A stretch of 63,948 nt of DNA, filler included, from Octopus bimaculoides (Eukaryota): assembly GCF_001194135.2 (NCBI RefSeq). It is 6 parts of 6 records of this genome, joined end to end, with 100 filler letters (N's around TTAATTAATTAA, not from the genome) between each part and the next. Parts side by side here need not be neighbours in the genome. Positions count along the whole stretch, not along the records: positions 62,812 to 63,948 come from NW_026323636.1; 5 more parts are not named here. The stretch is one strand, 5' to 3'. The position numbers and the translations under genes were made by a program. Positions 62,812-63,948 of the stretch are shown here, piece by piece (position 1 is the stretch's first letter; each line of letters starts with the position of its first letter). Below the pieces are notes generated by a model. It had not been told where the DNA came from. It saw nothing but the letters and a program-made list of their open reading frames with translations, and made no database searches.

Positions 62812-63948
62812 ATATATGCACAGTTACATGTATGTAATGTTTTTTTAAAAATTTCATATATGAAAATCTATACGCTCTCCAATGGTTTTGCATTGAAATT
62901 TACCTCAGGTTGCAGAGCAGCTGTAAGTTTGGCTTCTACTTCGGAATATTCTTTATTCTTGGGAAACGTTTATCATCTTCCATATTCCAAACAATATTCC
63001 ATTATCAATTGATTTAACAAAAGGAAAAAAAGGAAGAATTCTATTTAATCCTTTACCTAACCAAATGAGATGGATGTCGGAGGAATAAAAGAGAATGATG
63101 AACAGGAATGGACAATATTCTTGCCAGTTTAGAAACACTCATATGGAGGCAATGAATTCTTTACAGACTTGATCTAATCAAAATAATGTTCTTAATTGCT
63201 ACATTGTAACCAGTTTATAATTGTTTGGAAGAAGGCAATTATTTATTTACAAAGCAATGTCGCACCGATGAAGAAAAATCACACGTTATTTTTCTACTGT
63301 GCTCTGGTAGTTATCAAATTGTGAGGATAATTCATATCAAGTTGTTGAAGATATTTAATCTGTTTGCACTAGCAGTTCTCTCCTACTCTACCTCAACCTT
63401 CACAAACTCATATATCATTGGTTCTCTACTATTCACTATATCTGCCCTTCATCCTTACCTAATTTTTACAGTTGTCTCCTTTTACTTAATCCCTATCTAT
63501 CACTCTCATTAAACTCTCTTGCAACCTCTAGCCAACCATACTCCTGGATCCTTTCTCCCCACTTCTTATTTCTTTATTGCCCACAAGGGGCTAAATATAG
63601 AGAGGACAAACAAGCACAGACAAAGGGATTAAGCCGATTACATCGACCCCAGTGCATAACTGGTACTTCATTGATCAACATATTCAGGGTAAAATCTGAC
63701 AGGAGGTATGAAGAATAAACAAATACATTATTAGGAGAGTATTGTAGTTCGCTTGAAGTATTGTGTATTGTTTGTAAAGAATGAAAAAGTTTAGAATAGT
63801 ACAACAATGCACGAAGGAACAAAGAATGGACTATATACCTGTTGTTATTTGGCCATCTATAGTCCGATGATATTTCGGAATTACGATTCCTTCAGATCTT
63901 CTTAGCTGGAGTCTCTGCTATATATATATCTATATCTATATATCTATA

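Overview
This is an AT-rich, microsatellite- and transposon-dense animal genomic window. The repeat families and architecture look like coleoid cephalopod (Octopus-type) DNA; this is my pattern recognition, not a database result. It is a draft assembly with many N gaps. Five of them are artificial 100-nt spacers (44N-TTAATTAATTAA-44N), so at least six separately assembled pieces are concatenated. Host genes found by manual splice reconstruction: a complete 6-exon RBM8A/Y14 (minus, 28852-39600, 176 aa); the first three coding exons of mitochondrial methionine aminopeptidase METAP1D (plus, head-to-head with RBM8A); and two early exons of a UBR1/UBR2 N-recognin (minus, UBR box). METAP1D and UBR are both incomplete and face each other across a spacer gap. 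Mobile DNA includes a Helitron Rep fragment, a DD37E (TRT-type) Tc1 transposase, a Tigger/pogo 3' end, a Penelope GIY-YIG fragment, R4/Dong and RTE LINE remnants, mariner and piggyBac-type MITEs, and several tRNA-derived SINE families. Most interesting observations: (1) a 260-bp foldback MITE with head-to-head telomeric arms, GGTAA termini and an 8-bp TSD between RBM8A and METAP1D, with related termini elsewhere in the window; (2) a minimal type I hammerhead ribozyme core inside an inverted-repeat element, and a second hammerhead-like core in the tail of a tRNA-headed SINE; (3) young inverted retroposon pairs that bracket exons or form intronic hairpins (candidate ADAR or circRNA substrates); (4) SINEs showing all four combinations of two middle and two tail modules. 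All coordinates were counted by hand; repeat boundaries are approximate.
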